Shown: positions 38,044 through 48,580, counted from the stretch's first letter. The stretch is 64,000 nucleotides of DNA from Oscillospiraceae bacterium (GCA_009782475.1 WRIZ01000002.1:1-64000); one strand, 5' to 3'. Numbers and translations: made by a program. The notes: generated by a model not told the origin, from the sequence alone.

Positions 38044-38072
38044 AAATTTATGTTGACTTGCAAAATAAACTT
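38044..38072 (+). promoter_or_regulatory. sigma-A promoter for ptsH (TTGACT, 17-bp spacer, TATGAT)
   Basis: Sequence match. Confidence 0.5.
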
Positions 38073-38135
38073 TGCTATGATGGCATTATAAACAGAATGT
38101 CCGGCGTCAACCGGGCGTAGGCAGGAGATGAGGAA

Positions 38136-38399
38136 ATGGTATCCCGGGAAGTCACCGTCAACAACCAAGTAGGGCTCCATGCCCGTCCGGCGACGTTTTT
38201 TATACAGAAAGCAAGTGAGTTCCGCTCCAGCATATGGGTGGAAAAAGAAGAACGCCAGGTCAATGCCAAGAGCCTGCTGGGCGTTTTAAGCCTTGGCATC
38301 ATCAAAGGGACAGTGATCCGCATTTTGGCCGACGGCGCGGATGAAGAAGCCGCTGTCGCGGCTCTCGCGGAATTGATCTCCTCCAATTTTTACGAGTAA
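38136..38399 (+). CDS. ptsH: phosphocarrier protein HPr
   Basis: Active-site His context GLHARPA and Ser46 context KSLLGVLSLG. 87 aa. Confidence 0.85.
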   Translation: MVSREVTVNNQVGLHARPATFFIQKASEFRSSIWVEKEERQVNAKSLLGVLSLGIIKGTVIRILADGADEEAAVAALAELISSNFYE

Positions 38400-38402
38400 A
38401 TT

Positions 38403-40280
38403 GTGAAATCCGAGGTTCCCGATAGCAAAGAGAGTGCCGCCGTAGGCGGCCTTTCTGCGATTGACAGAAAAGAAGGGTTGAAAGCGAAAGCCCTTTCCCT
38501 GCCCGGCGAACCGGGCGTATACATCATGTTTGACAAAAAGGGGAAAATAATCTACATCGGCAAAGCAAAACGGCTGAAAAACAGAGTTTCGTCTTATTTT
38601 CAAGACAGCGCGGGACACAGCGCGAAAACCCGCCGCATGGTATCCCGGATCGACCGCTTCGATACCATCGTCGCCGCCAGTGAGTTTGAGGCGTTGGTGC
38701 TGGAGTGCAGCCTCATCCGCCACCATAAACCCCAGTATAACATCATGCTCAAAGACGGCAGCGGGTATCCGTTCATCAAGCTGCCCCCGGGGTCGTATCC
38801 GTCGTTCTCGGTCATCCACGACAACCGGCTGGTCAAAGACGGTTCGCGTTATTTCGGCCCCTACGGCAAATGGGGGTTGTCAAAACTGGTCATCGACGCG
38901 CTGAACACCACCCTCAAACTGCCCGTATGCGGGAAGAATTTCCCGAGGGACATCGGCAAAGGGCGTCCCTGCCTGCAATACCATATGGGGCGTTGCGCCG
39001 GGGTTTGCCTGGGGGATGTAAGCGAAGAGGAATATAAGGAAAAGATACGCCGCGCCATCATGATGATGGAGGGCAAAGCCGCCGGGCTCATCAATGAAAT
39101 GGAAAAAGAGATGGCGGATTGTGCGGACAAGCTCCAGTTTGAAGCGGCCGCGCAGATCCGCGACGAGATCAAATCGATCACCGCGCTGACAAACCGGCAA
39201 ATTGTCGTCGGCGGGGGAATGGCCGACACCGACGTCATCGCCGCCGTCACGGGCGAAACCCGTTCGGGCGTTGCGGTGCTGCATTTCCTTGATGGCAAAA
39301 TCGTCGGGCAGGACATTGAACTGAGCGAAGACGCTGACGAAGCCGAAGTGCTCTCATCCTTTGTCTCCCAATACTATATCGCGCGGGGGCGCATCCCTAA
39401 GAATGTATTTTTATCAAGTCCGATCGAGGATGAAGAAATTCTCAAGGACGCCTTTTTGGCAAAAGGGATGAAGGTGGAGTTTTCCGTCCCACAGCGGGGG
39501 GCGAAGGCCGAACTGGTCAAGATGGCGGCGCGAAACGCCGCCGAGGAGATCGAAAGGGTGACCTCCCGGGAAGAGAAGATACGGTTCCTGCTCGGGGAGT
39601 TAAAGCGTTTGCTCTCGCTGCCTGAGCCGCCCGGGCGCATCGAGGCGGTTGACATCTCCAATTTGGGCGACAGCGGGCGGGTCGGCGTGATCATTTGCTA
39701 TAAAGACGGGAAACCGCTGAAGAAGGCGTATAAACACTTCATCATCAAGAACGCCGGCATCCACGACGATTACCATTCGATGGAGGAAGTATTGACCCGG
39801 CGTTTCGCCCGATTGATCAAAGGCGACGCGGGGTTTGCCGAAGCCCCGGGGCTTTTGCTGGTAGACGGCGGCTCGACCCACGCCGCTATGGCCGAACGGG
39901 TGCTGAACGGGTTTGGTCTGACCATTCCGGTCTTCGGGATGGTCAAAGATGAAAAGCACCGCACCCGCGCCGTGGTCACACCAAACGGCGGCGAGGCGGC
40001 TTTGACGGGTTCCCCGGGTGTTTTCGCGCTGATCGGCCAGATTCAGGAGGAAACCCACCGGAGCGCGCTGGCGTTTCATCAGAAGCAGCGCAGTAAGTTT
40101 GAATCTGAATTAGACGGCATACCCGGTCTGGGCGAAGCGCGGCGGAATAAATTGATTCAGCATTTTAAGAGCGTGAAAAGAGTCGCTTCGGCAACGCCGG
40201 AAGAGCTGGAAGCATTGCTGCCGAAAAAGGCCGCCATTGCGGTATACAACCATTTCCATGTGCCGTTTGAAGGAGCATAA
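38403..40280 (+). CDS. uvrC: excinuclease ABC subunit C
   Basis: GIY-YIG motif (GVYIMFDKKGKIIYIGKAKRLKNRVSSYF), a UvrBC-interaction region, and an RNaseH-like/HhH C-terminus. GTG start. Confidence 0.9.
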   Translation: MKSEVPDSKESAAVGGLSAIDRKEGLKAKALSLPGEPGVYIMFDKKGKIIYIGKAKRLKNRVSSYFQDSAGHSAKTRRMVSRIDRFDTIVAASEFEALVLECSLIRHHKPQYNIMLKDGSGYPFIKLPPGSYPSFSVIHDNRLVKDGSRYFGPYGKWGLSKLVIDALNTTLKLPVCGKNFPRDIGKGRPCLQYHMGRCAGVCLGDVSEEEYKEKIRRAIMMMEGKAAGLINEMEKEMADCADKLQFEAAAQIRDEIKSITALTNRQIVVGGGMADTDVIAAVTGETRSGVAVLHFLDGKIVGQDIELSEDADEAEVLSSFVSQYYIARGRIPKNVFLSSPIEDEEILKDAFLAKGMKVEFSVPQRGAKAELVKMAARNAAEEIERVTSREEKIRFLLGELKRLLSLPEPPGRIEAVDISNLGDSGRVGVIICYKDGKPLKKAYKHFIIKNAGIHDDYHSMEEVLTRRFARLIKGDAGFAEAPGLLLVDGGSTHAAMAERVLNGFGLTIPVFGMVKDEKHRTRAVVTPNGGEAALTGSPGVFALIGQIQEETHRSALAFHQKQRSKFESELDGIPGLGEARRNKLIQHFKSVKRVASATPEELEALLPKKAAIAVYNHFHVPFEGA

Positions 40281-40282
40281 TC

Positions 40283-40837
40283 ATGCGTATCATAGCAGGC
40301 GAAGCCAGAGGACGCAAGTTAAAGCCGGTGCCGGGGGACGCGACAAGACCGACCTCCGACCGTGTGAAAGAATCAATGTTCAATATCCTGCAATTTCATT
40401 TGGAAGGGCGTCGCGTCCTCGATTGCTTTGCTGGGACAGGGCAGCTGGGCGCAGAAGCGTTGAGCCGGGGGGCGCGGGAATGCGTCTTTATCGAGCAATC
40501 GGCGGCAGCGGCGGCCGTCATCCGTGAGAATACACGCTTCTTTGAACAACGCGCCGTTGTGCGGGTGGCCGAAGCTGTCCGCTGGCTGGACGGGGCGGAA
40601 GAGAAATTTGACCTTGTTCTTCTCGACCCGCCGTATGGGCCGCAGCTCCTTGCCAAAACGCTGAACAAACTTTTCACGCGCGATTTGGTCAATCCAGGCG
40701 GTTTTATCCTGTGCGAATGCCTTGCCGATACCGAACCGCCGGAAGCTCCGCCGCCGTATGCGTTGGTGAAATGTTACGACTATGGGAATGTGAGGTTGAT
40801 CAATTATGAAAACCGCCATCTGCCCGGGCAGTTTTGA
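40283..40837 (+). CDS. rsmD: 16S rRNA (guanine966-N2)-methyltransferase
   Basis: DCFAGTGQLGAEALSRGA and LDPPY motifs. Confidence 0.85.
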   Translation: MRIIAGEARGRKLKPVPGDATRPTSDRVKESMFNILQFHLEGRRVLDCFAGTGQLGAEALSRGARECVFIEQSAAAAAVIRENTRFFEQRAVVRVAEAVRWLDGAEEKFDLVLLDPPYGPQLLAKTLNKLFTRDLVNPGGFILCECLADTEPPEAPPPYALVKCYDYGNVRLINYENRHLPGQF

Positions 40838-41306
40838 CCCGGTCACGCTGGGGCATATAGACGTCATCGAGCGCGCCGCCCGCATCTTTGACAAAACCGT
40901 TGTGGTCGTTTTGGAAAACCGGGGGAAATCGTGCCGCTTCACCCCCGAAGAGCGGGTGACCTTGCTTCGCAAATCAACGTCATTCATCCCCAATATTGTG
41001 ATAGAACACTCAGACCGGCTGTTGGCCGACACCTGTGCCGATATGGGCGACGTGGTGATCGTCAAGGGGTTGCGGGCGGTATCGGACTTTGAACATGAGT
41101 TTCAAATGGCTCTGATGAACAAAAAGCTCAATGCCCGGCTCGATACCCTCTTCCTGACGGCCGGGGAACGGTTTCAATATATCAGTTCCAGCGTGATCAA
41201 AGAGATTTGCCACTACGGCGGCGATGTGAGCGAGTTGCTGCCGCCGGAAATCCATGATGAAGTGGTGAAAAGACTGAGGAGGGACATTTCATGCCGCACG
41301 ATGTAG
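40806..41306 (+). CDS. coaD: phosphopantetheine adenylyltransferase
   Basis: AICPGSFDPVTLGHIDV (HxGH). Confidence 0.9.
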   Translation: MKTAICPGSFDPVTLGHIDVIERAARIFDKTVVVVLENRGKSCRFTPEERVTLLRKSTSFIPNIVIEHSDRLLADTCADMGDVVIVKGLRAVSDFEHEFQMALMNKKLNARLDTLFLTAGERFQYISSSVIKEICHYGGDVSELLPPEIHDEVVKRLRRDISCRTM

Positions 41307-41752
41307 AAAGCCTGCTCGATATGCTGCGCGAGCTGATCGAAGATTCATTCACCCTGCCGCTGGGCAGCGACAAATGCGTCTTGGACAAAGACAAGGCGAT
41401 GGGTTTGATCGACGAGATCGCGGGCAGCCTGCCCGAAGAATTGCGCAAAGCCACCAGCATTGTCAGCCAGCGCAATGAAATGATGGCAAAAGCGAAGAGC
41501 GAAGCAGAGTCCATTGTAAAAAGCGCGGAAGAACGCTCGCGCCGACTTGTTTCGGAGGAAGAAGTGCTGGCGTCGGCGCGCAGGAAAGCGCAGGACATTG
41601 AAAACCAAACAAAGAATAAGACGCGCGAATTGCGCATGGCCACCAACGAATACGTGGAAGATTTGCTCAAACGAACGGAAGAAGCGGTCAACACAGCCCT
41701 CAACGAAGTGCGCAGATCGCGCCAGGAATTTAGGAACACGGCCAAGCGATAA
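41291..41752 (+). CDS. hypothetical coiled-coil protein (ATP-synthase-b-like / apolipoprotein-like helices)
   Basis: 153 aa, highly charged and helical. It overlaps the coaD end by 16 bp and is followed by a strong terminator. Confidence 0.4.
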   Translation: MPHDVESLLDMLRELIEDSFTLPLGSDKCVLDKDKAMGLIDEIAGSLPEELRKATSIVSQRNEMMAKAKSEAESIVKSAEERSRRLVSEEEVLASARRKAQDIENQTKNKTRELRMATNEYVEDLLKRTEEAVNTALNEVRRSRQEFRNTAKR

Positions 41753-41778
41753 ACCGCGGCCACCCACAACATATTGCG

Positions 41779-41806
41779 GCGTCCCCGGAGACGGGGGCGT
41801 TTTTCT
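41779..41806 (+). terminator. Rho-independent terminator upstream of the dcw cluster
   Basis: cgtccccg gaga cgggggcg followed by ttttt. Confidence 0.65.
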
Positions 41807-41917
41807 TGTGTAAATTGCGAAATATAAGAACATTCGTTTTTGTTGCAAAAAAGCGGAAAAACCGACAAAATCACGCAATAGAACACTTGTTTTGTGTAAA
41901 ATATTTATGAAAAACAC

Positions 41918-41947
41918 TTGACAGCAATAAAACAGTTCATGTATACT
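41918..41947 (+). promoter_or_regulatory. sigma-A promoter for mraZ (TTGACA, 18-bp spacer, TATACT)
   Basis: Sequence match. Confidence 0.5.
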
Positions 41948-41995
41948 GTCGATACACTAAAGTGGAGCGTAATGGAGTAGAAAGGAGGGGAACTC

Positions 41996-42397
41996 ATGAG
42001 CCGTCTGTTTGGCACATACAACCATCAGATCGACGCCAAAGGCCGTTTGTTCATGCCTTCCCGCCTTCTAAAGGTTCTCGGGGACGTCTTCTTCATATCG
42101 GTCAGCAAGCTCCAATGCCTGAACATATACACCCTTGACGAATGGGAAAAGCTCGAGGAATCCTTTGAAAAGATACCGGAAGACGAGCAAATGGTCAAAC
42201 GCAGGGATTTCTACTCGATGGCGCAGGACTGCACCCCGGACAACCAAGGGCGGGTGCTGCTGTCACCGGCTCTGCGGGAATACGCCGGATTGGACAGAAC
42301 GGTTACCATCAAAGGCGCGGGCAAATACGCCGAGATATGGAACCCTGTCCGGTTGGAAGCATATGAGCAAGGCTTAAAGAATCAAACGGACTCATGA
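41996..42397 (+). CDS. mraZ: division/cell wall cluster transcriptional regulator MraZ
   Basis: DAKGRLFMPSRL motif. Two MraZ half-domains. Confidence 0.85.
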   Translation: MSRLFGTYNHQIDAKGRLFMPSRLLKVLGDVFFISVSKLQCLNIYTLDEWEKLEESFEKIPEDEQMVKRRDFYSMAQDCTPDNQGRVLLSPALREYAGLDRTVTIKGAGKYAEIWNPVRLEAYEQGLKNQTDS

Positions 42398-43299
42398 ACA
42401 TCATCCACACACCAGTTATGCCGCATGAGGTGATTCATGCACTGGCTCCGCGCAAAAGCGGCGTCTACTTAGACGGCACAGCCGGGCTGGGCGGGCATTC
42501 CGAATTGCTGCTGGAAGCAGGGGCGACAGTATATTGCCTTGACAGGGATCAAAACGCGCTGGAGAAATGCAAAGAGCGGCTGAAACGGTTCGGGGACAAA
42601 GCGGTGTTCCTGCACGGAAACCACAGCGAGATGGACAAGCTGCTGGATCCCTCAATCTCATTGGATGGCATTTTGCTCGATTTGGGCGTATCCTCCATGC
42701 AGCTGGACGAACCGGAGCGGGGCTTTTCTTACCGCCATGACGCGCCTTTGGATATGCGGATGGATCAGACCCAGGCGCGCACGGCGGCCGAAGTGGTCAA
42801 TGAATGGTCATACCGCGAGTTGATCCGCATCTTGATTGAGTATGGCGAGGAACGGTACGCCAAGCAGATTGCCCGGGGAATTGTCTTTGCCCGTCCTCTC
42901 AAAACAACGGCGGAACTGGCCGAAGTCATCCTGGAATCAATGCCGGCAAAGGGGCGGCGCGAGGCGCAGCACCCGGCGAGGCGCACCTTTCAGGCCATCC
43001 GAATCGCCGTCAACGGTGAATTGGAATCGCTGGAGGAAACACTGCCGAAAGCCTTGAGGATGCTGAACTATATTGGCCGGATGGCCGTGATCAGTTTTCA
43101 TTCGCTGGAAGACCGTATCGTGAAGAGGGTTTTCGCCGAAGCGGCCAAAGGATGTATCTGCCCCCCGGCCTTTCCCGCCTGTGTGTGCGGAAGGAGACCG
43201 GCCGTCAGGATAACGGGGCGATGGAAACCAACCCGGCAGGAGATCGAAAGCAATCCGCGTTCGGCAAGCGCGGTATTGCGGGGGATCGAACGTATCTAA
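42394..43299 (+). CDS. rsmH: 16S rRNA (cytosine1402-N4)-methyltransferase
   Basis: HTPVMPHEV...YLDGTAGLGGHS. Confidence 0.9.
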   Translation: MNIIHTPVMPHEVIHALAPRKSGVYLDGTAGLGGHSELLLEAGATVYCLDRDQNALEKCKERLKRFGDKAVFLHGNHSEMDKLLDPSISLDGILLDLGVSSMQLDEPERGFSYRHDAPLDMRMDQTQARTAAEVVNEWSYRELIRILIEYGEERYAKQIARGIVFARPLKTTAELAEVILESMPAKGRREAQHPARRTFQAIRIAVNGELESLEETLPKALRMLNYIGRMAVISFHSLEDRIVKRVFAEAAKGCICPPAFPACVCGRRPAVRITGRWKPTRQEIESNPRSASAVLRGIERI

Positions 43300-43308
43300 C
43301 GTATCTAA
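43291..43308 (+). repeat. 2 x 9-bp tandem duplication (cgtatctaa) that includes the rsmH stop codon
   Basis: cgtatctaacgtatctaa. Confidence 0.6.
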
Positions 43309-43326
43309 CGAAAGAGAGGCCTTGAA

Positions 43327-43863
43327 ATGGTTGAAGGAACCGCGGCATTGACGATGAACCCGCCGATGACGATCCCGCAAAGGCTCCCTGCGCCTCTTCC
43401 CGCGCAAAGACCCGTCAGGACGCCTGCCGCGCCCGATGTGCGGGAAAGGCCGAGAACGAAGGCTCCGGCAAAAAGAGTTGAAACAAGCGCGTCGGCGAGA
43501 TCGATCATGCGCGCCCTTGTATTGTTCGTGGGAGCTATGGCGTTGCTGCTGTTTATCGTGTATAATTATATGCAGTTAAGCATGTTGAGCAACGAAAATC
43601 GGAAAACGGCCAATCAGATTCATACACTGAAGAAGGAAGAAAGCGTTCTCAACCGCAGGGCGGAAGCGGGCGTCAGCCTGAGCGAGGTCGAAGGGTATGC
43701 GATCGGGGAATTGGGGATGGTCAAGCCGACGCGTGACCAAATCGTTTATGTCGGCACACCCGCGAGGGATCACGCCGAAGTCATTCAGCAAACAGGGTTT
43801 TGGGGAAGTGTGAAAAATCTCTTTTCCACCATGACGGGCAGGGTGATCGAATTCCTTGATTAG
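43327..43863 (+). CDS. ftsL: cell division protein FtsL-like (single TM helix plus coiled-coil)
   Basis: By position between rsmH and the PBP. TM helix VLFVGAMALLLFIVYNY, then a coiled-coil. N-terminal Pro/Arg-rich extension. Confidence 0.5.
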   Translation: MVEGTAALTMNPPMTIPQRLPAPLPAQRPVRTPAAPDVRERPRTKAPAKRVETSASARSIMRALVLFVGAMALLLFIVYNYMQLSMLSNENRKTANQIHTLKKEESVLNRRAEAGVSLSEVEGYAIGELGMVKPTRDQIVYVGTPARDHAEVIQQTGFWGSVKNLFSTMTGRVIEFLD

Positions 43864-43919
43864 TTCTATTTGCGAGGGACTGTCCGTATAATCAAGTGAG
43901 AAAAAGGGGGGACAGCCGA

Positions 43920-46193
43920 ATGGCGGAAGAGAGGAAGCCGCGGCCTGATAAAGAACGGTACAACCGGATGATTCTGGTGCGGGTGTTGATCCTCACCGGG
44001 ATTTTCGGTTTTGCGATGTTCGTCCCTTTGTCCATGAAACTCTATAACGTCGCCATCACACAGCATGACGAGCTGGAGCAAAGAGCCATCGATCAAGCCA
44101 CCAGCTCCTATCCCGTCACCGCCGGGCGCGGAACCATCTACGACCGCAATCACAACATTTTGGCCGTATCGGCCAGTGTGGAAACGGTCTGCGTCTCGCC
44201 GCGCGACATCGCCCGGGACAAAGACGCCGACGCCAAAAAGAAAATCATTGCCGACGGGCTTTCGGCCTTGCTGGATGTAGACCGGGAGATGATCGTTGAG
44301 CGGATGGAGCGCACCAACCGCGCCAACGAAACCATCAAGATGCAGATCGAGCGCGAACTGGCCGACGAGGTGCGGCAGTTTATTGAGGATAACAAACTGA
44401 CCCGGATGGTCTTCCTCGAACCGGCCAGCAAACGGTATTACCCCAACGGCTCCTTTGCGTCCAACATATTGGGGTTTGTGGACAGGGACGGAAAAGGGCT
44501 GATGGGGCTGGAAGCGGTGTATAACAAACACTTGGCCGGCGCGCCCGGATATACGGTGCGGGCGAAGACCGGGCAGGGGATGCCGCTGCCCAACCAATAT
44601 GAAATGTATTATGACGTTTTGGAAGGCTACAGCCTCGTTCTCACCATCGACGAAACCATTCAGCATTTTGCCGAGAAGCATCTTGAAACCGCCGTGATCG
44701 AAAACGAAGTCGCTCAGCGCGGCTGCGCCATCGTGATGGATGTCAAAACAGGCGGCATCCTCGCCATGGCGACCAAAGGCGATTTCGACCTCAACGAACC
44801 GCGTGAGATCGCCGACGAGGCGACCCGCCGCTGGCTGGATTCGCTCGGTGAAGAACTATACGCCGATGAATTGAGCATCGCGCAGCAGGCGCAGTGGCGC
44901 AACAAAGCCGTGTCCGATACCTATGAGCCGGGTTCGGTTTTCAAAATCTTCACCGCCGCTATGGCCATTGAGGAAAAGGCGGTGGATATCCATAACGACC
45001 GTTTTTCCTGCGGGGGAACCATTTCCATACCCGGTTACAGCGGCAGATGCCACAAAGCGGCCGGGCATGGGAGCCAAACCTTTTTGGAAACACTGACGCA
45101 TTCGTGCAACCCGGCTTTTGTCAACATTGGGATGCGGGTGGGGCCGGAAAAATTTTATGATTATATGCGCGCCTTCGGCTTTATGGATACAACAGGGATC
45201 GACCTTCAAGGCGAAGCCAAGGGCATCATCGCCCCTTATGAGAATTACTCACGGTATGTCTCCTCGCAGGCCGTTTACTCGTTCGGTCAGACGTTTACCG
45301 TAACGCCCCTCCAAATGCTCACGGCGGTCAGCGCCGTCGCCAACGGCGGAAAACTGATGAAGCCGTATATGCTTTCTCAGGTCATCGACGCCGACGGGCG
45401 GGTGGCCGAGAAAACCGACGCCACCCTTGTCCGGCAGGTCATCAGCGAGGATACGAGCAGATTGATGTGCGAGTATTTGGAAGAATGCGTCAATCAGGGA
45501 ACCGGTTCCAACGCCTACGTCAAAGGCTACCATGTGGCGGGCAAGACCGGGACGTCGCAGAAACGGGCGCAGGATATAACCGGGGAAAAGGGACTCTATG
45601 TCGTCTCCTTTGCCGGATTCGCCCCGTCGCACGATCCGCAGATCGCGGTTTTGGTCATGCTGGACGAACCGGGGTTAGACCGCCACCTGCGTATGGGAGG
45701 GTATATGGCGGCTCCCGTCGCGGGGCGTATCTTTGCCGACGCGCTGCCCTATATGAATGTCATCCCGCAGTATAAGCCGGAAGAGGCCATGTCGGCCGAT
45801 GTGACCGTTCCCTTTGTCAAACGCGCTGCCGTTTCCGAAGCCGAAGCCGCCGCGAAAAAACTCGGGCTGACGGTGCGTGTGATCGGCGACGGGGAGAGCA
45901 TTACCGACCAGTTACCGGCGGCGGGTGTGCGTGTGCCGCTCAAAACAGAGATGATCCTCTATACCGAAGGGACAAAACCCGAGGAGAGCTGTTTGGTTCC
46001 CGATGTGCGCGGCAAAACGCCCGGACAGGCCAATGAGCTGCTGACCAATGCCGGGGTGTTTATGCGGCCGATCGGAGCCAAGCCGTCCCCGGACGCCGTC
46101 CTGACGGCGGCGTGGCAGGAGTATGCCGGGCAGGAAGTGCCGCGCGGGACGGTCATATCGGTGGAATTCCGAAGTTCCAACGTAGACGACTAA
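43920..46193 (+). CDS. class B penicillin-binding protein (FtsI/SpoVD/PBP2B-like) with C-terminal PASTA domains
   Basis: Transpeptidase SVFK (SxxK), SCN (SxN), KTGT. PASTA repeats at the C-terminus. AAAGGGGGGA RBS before ATG 43920. Confidence 0.9.
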   Translation: MAEERKPRPDKERYNRMILVRVLILTGIFGFAMFVPLSMKLYNVAITQHDELEQRAIDQATSSYPVTAGRGTIYDRNHNILAVSASVETVCVSPRDIARDKDADAKKKIIADGLSALLDVDREMIVERMERTNRANETIKMQIERELADEVRQFIEDNKLTRMVFLEPASKRYYPNGSFASNILGFVDRDGKGLMGLEAVYNKHLAGAPGYTVRAKTGQGMPLPNQYEMYYDVLEGYSLVLTIDETIQHFAEKHLETAVIENEVAQRGCAIVMDVKTGGILAMATKGDFDLNEPREIADEATRRWLDSLGEELYADELSIAQQAQWRNKAVSDTYEPGSVFKIFTAAMAIEEKAVDIHNDRFSCGGTISIPGYSGRCHKAAGHGSQTFLETLTHSCNPAFVNIGMRVGPEKFYDYMRAFGFMDTTGIDLQGEAKGIIAPYENYSRYVSSQAVYSFGQTFTVTPLQMLTAVSAVANGGKLMKPYMLSQVIDADGRVAEKTDATLVRQVISEDTSRLMCEYLEECVNQGTGSNAYVKGYHVAGKTGTSQKRAQDITGEKGLYVVSFAGFAPSHDPQIAVLVMLDEPGLDRHLRMGGYMAAPVAGRIFADALPYMNVIPQYKPEEAMSADVTVPFVKRAAVSEAEAAAKKLGLTVRVIGDGESITDQLPAAGVRVPLKTEMILYTEGTKPEESCLVPDVRGKTPGQANELLTNAGVFMRPIGAKPSPDAVLTAAWQEYAGQEVPRGTVISVEFRSSNVDD

Positions 46194-46208
46194 CAGAGGG
46201 GGTGCAAG

Positions 46209-47603
46209 ATGCGGCTGTTTGCCCTGTTGCAGGTTTTGGATACATTGCAGACAAACGCGCCGTCTTTGGACTGCGAAGTGGACGGCGTGCACAACGATAC
46301 GCGGGGCATGAAGAAAGGCGACCTCTTCGTCGCCGTCCCCGGAACCGAACTGGATGGTCATTGTTATATCCGTCAGGCGATGGACATCGGCGCGTCGATG
46401 ATCGTGACCGAACGCCCGCTTGATTCCTCTGTCCCGCACGTCGTCGTGCCCGACGCGCGCGCCGCTTTGGCCATGCTGGAAGCGAAAATTGCAGGCTACC
46501 CGGCTGAAAAGATGACGATGACCGGCGTGACCGGGACAAAAGGGAAAACGACGGTCACTCATATCATCAAGGGGTTGATCGAGGGCGTCACAGGCCAAAA
46601 GACAGGGCTGGTCGGCACCAATCATATCCTGATCGGGGAGAAGGAGCTGCCGTCGGAACGCACAACCCCCGACGCGGTCAAGCTGAACAGTGTTTTCGCG
46701 CAAATGGCGGAAGAAGGATGCGCCCACTGCGTGATGGAAGTATCGTCCCACGCGCTGGCGCAGTCCCGGGTATTGGGGATACATTACGAAGCAGGGGTCT
46801 TTACCAACCTCCATCACGAGCATATGGATTACCATACCGATATGGAGGATTACTTTTCCGCCAAAAGCCGATTGTTTTTGCAAAGCAGGAAAGCTATCAT
46901 CAACAGTGACGACCCTTACGGAAAACGGCTGGCCGCACAAATCCCCGATGCGATCCCCTTCTCGCTCTCTATGGCGGAGAACAGGGAGCTAAAGCCCAAC
47001 GGCGTTGCGTTCACCCTGTCGGGAGAGCGTTTCGCGTGGGGTACGCCCGGGTTGTTCACCGTTTACAATGTTCTTGCCGCCGTCTTGACCGGCGCGGCAT
47101 TGGGGCTCCCCATCGCGGATATGGCAAGGGTTTTGCCCGGTATCCCGCCTGTGAAAGGGCGGATGGAGTTGGTGACGGCGGACAACGGTATCTACATTTA
47201 CATCGATTACGCCCATACGCCCGACGCCATTGCCGCCGTGCTGCAAACGATGAAACCATTTTGCAAAGGGCGGCTGATCGCCCTCTTCGGATGCGGCGGC
47301 GACCGTGACAAGACCAAACGCCCTTTGATGGGGGCTGCGGCTCAGCGAACCGCCGACCTATGTTATGTCACTTCCGACAACCCCCGTTCCGAAAACCCGG
47401 AAACGATTATTTCAAACATTTTAGAGGGAATGGAAAACCGGGACAGGTTTGTTGAACCCGATCGCAGGAAAGCGATTAAGGCGGCGATGAAAGAGGCCAA
47501 GCCGGGCGATATACTCATGCTGCTGGGCAAAGGTCACGAAGAGTATCAGGAAATTTGCGGCGTCAAGCATCCGTTTGACGAACGGGAGGTGGTACGGGAA
47601 TGA
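46209..47603 (+). CDS. murE: UDP-N-acetylmuramoyl-L-alanyl-D-glutamate--2,6-diaminopimelate ligase
   Basis: GVTGTKGKTT P-loop and Mur ligase domains. Confidence 0.9.
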   Translation: MRLFALLQVLDTLQTNAPSLDCEVDGVHNDTRGMKKGDLFVAVPGTELDGHCYIRQAMDIGASMIVTERPLDSSVPHVVVPDARAALAMLEAKIAGYPAEKMTMTGVTGTKGKTTVTHIIKGLIEGVTGQKTGLVGTNHILIGEKELPSERTTPDAVKLNSVFAQMAEEGCAHCVMEVSSHALAQSRVLGIHYEAGVFTNLHHEHMDYHTDMEDYFSAKSRLFLQSRKAIINSDDPYGKRLAAQIPDAIPFSLSMAENRELKPNGVAFTLSGERFAWGTPGLFTVYNVLAAVLTGAALGLPIADMARVLPGIPPVKGRMELVTADNGIYIYIDYAHTPDAIAAVLQTMKPFCKGRLIALFGCGGDRDKTKRPLMGAAAQRTADLCYVTSDNPRSENPETIISNILEGMENRDRFVEPDRRKAIKAAMKEAKPGDILMLLGKGHEEYQEICGVKHPFDEREVVRE

Positions 47604-48580
47604 ACGACATGCTGCTCTCTGCCGGTATAGCGTTGGTTTGCGCGCTGCTGTTCGGAAAGCTCCTCCTTCCGGTGCTGCGAAGGCTCAAAATGGGGCAGAA
47701 AATCCTCGAAATCGGCCCCAAATGGCATAAATCCAAAGAGGGGACGCCCACCATGGGCGGGTTCTTCTTCATGCTGGCCATCACGGTTGCCGTTGTGATC
47801 ACCGGCTGGCATGACGCGGTGAATGGGCAATACACCCACCTTTTCATTCTGCTGTTCGCGTGGGTTTGCGGCGGGATCGGGTTTGTAGACGACCTCGCCA
47901 AAGTCCGCAAGAAGAAAAATCAAGGGTTGACGGCTCCGCAGAAACTCTTGCTTCAGCTGAGCGCGTCGGCGGCGTTTTTGGCGGCGTTGCGGGTCTTCAT
48001 GCCCGATTCAAAACTGGCCGGAGGGGAAATCGCCATCCCCTTTACATCCATCGTTCTCAGCGTTTCATGGCCTGTTTTCCTAACGCTGGGCATCCTTTTC
48101 GTCGCGGGGTTTATCAACGCCGTCAACATCACCGACGGGGTGGACGGGCTTTGCAGCGGCGTGACCCTGCCGGTCACCGTTTTCTTCGGAGCCATCGCCT
48201 TTTCGGCGGGGAATACCGGCAATATGGTGTTTGCCGGGGCGTTGGCGGGAGGGCTGCTCGGGTTTTTATGGTTTAATTTTCATCCGGCCAAAGTTTTCAT
48301 GGGCGACACAGGATCGCTCTTTATCGGCGGCGCGCTGTGCGGTTTGGCGTTCGCCGCCGATCAGCCGTTGATTTTGCTCATCGCCGGGCTGGTTTATTTG
48401 TTTGAGGTTCTTTCGGTCGTACTGCAAGTGACCTATTTCAAGCTGACAGGCGGCAAGCGCATCTTTAAGATGTCGCCGGTTCATCATCATTTTGAAATGA
48501 GCGGCTGGGGCGAAAAGAAAGTATTCTTTGTATTCACGGCTTTTAGCGCGGTTTTCTGCGCGTTGGCCTGGTTTGGGTGA
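47600..48580 (+). CDS. mraY: phospho-N-acetylmuramoyl-pentapeptide transferase
   Basis: Polytopic membrane protein with NAVNITDGVDGL and the HHHFE motif. Confidence 0.9.
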   Translation: MNDMLLSAGIALVCALLFGKLLLPVLRRLKMGQKILEIGPKWHKSKEGTPTMGGFFFMLAITVAVVITGWHDAVNGQYTHLFILLFAWVCGGIGFVDDLAKVRKKKNQGLTAPQKLLLQLSASAAFLAALRVFMPDSKLAGGEIAIPFTSIVLSVSWPVFLTLGILFVAGFINAVNITDGVDGLCSGVTLPVTVFFGAIAFSAGNTGNMVFAGALAGGLLGFLWFNFHPAKVFMGDTGSLFIGGALCGLAFAADQPLILLIAGLVYLFEVLSVVLQVTYFKLTGGKRIFKMSPVHHHFEMSGWGEKKVFFVFTAFSAVFCALAWFG

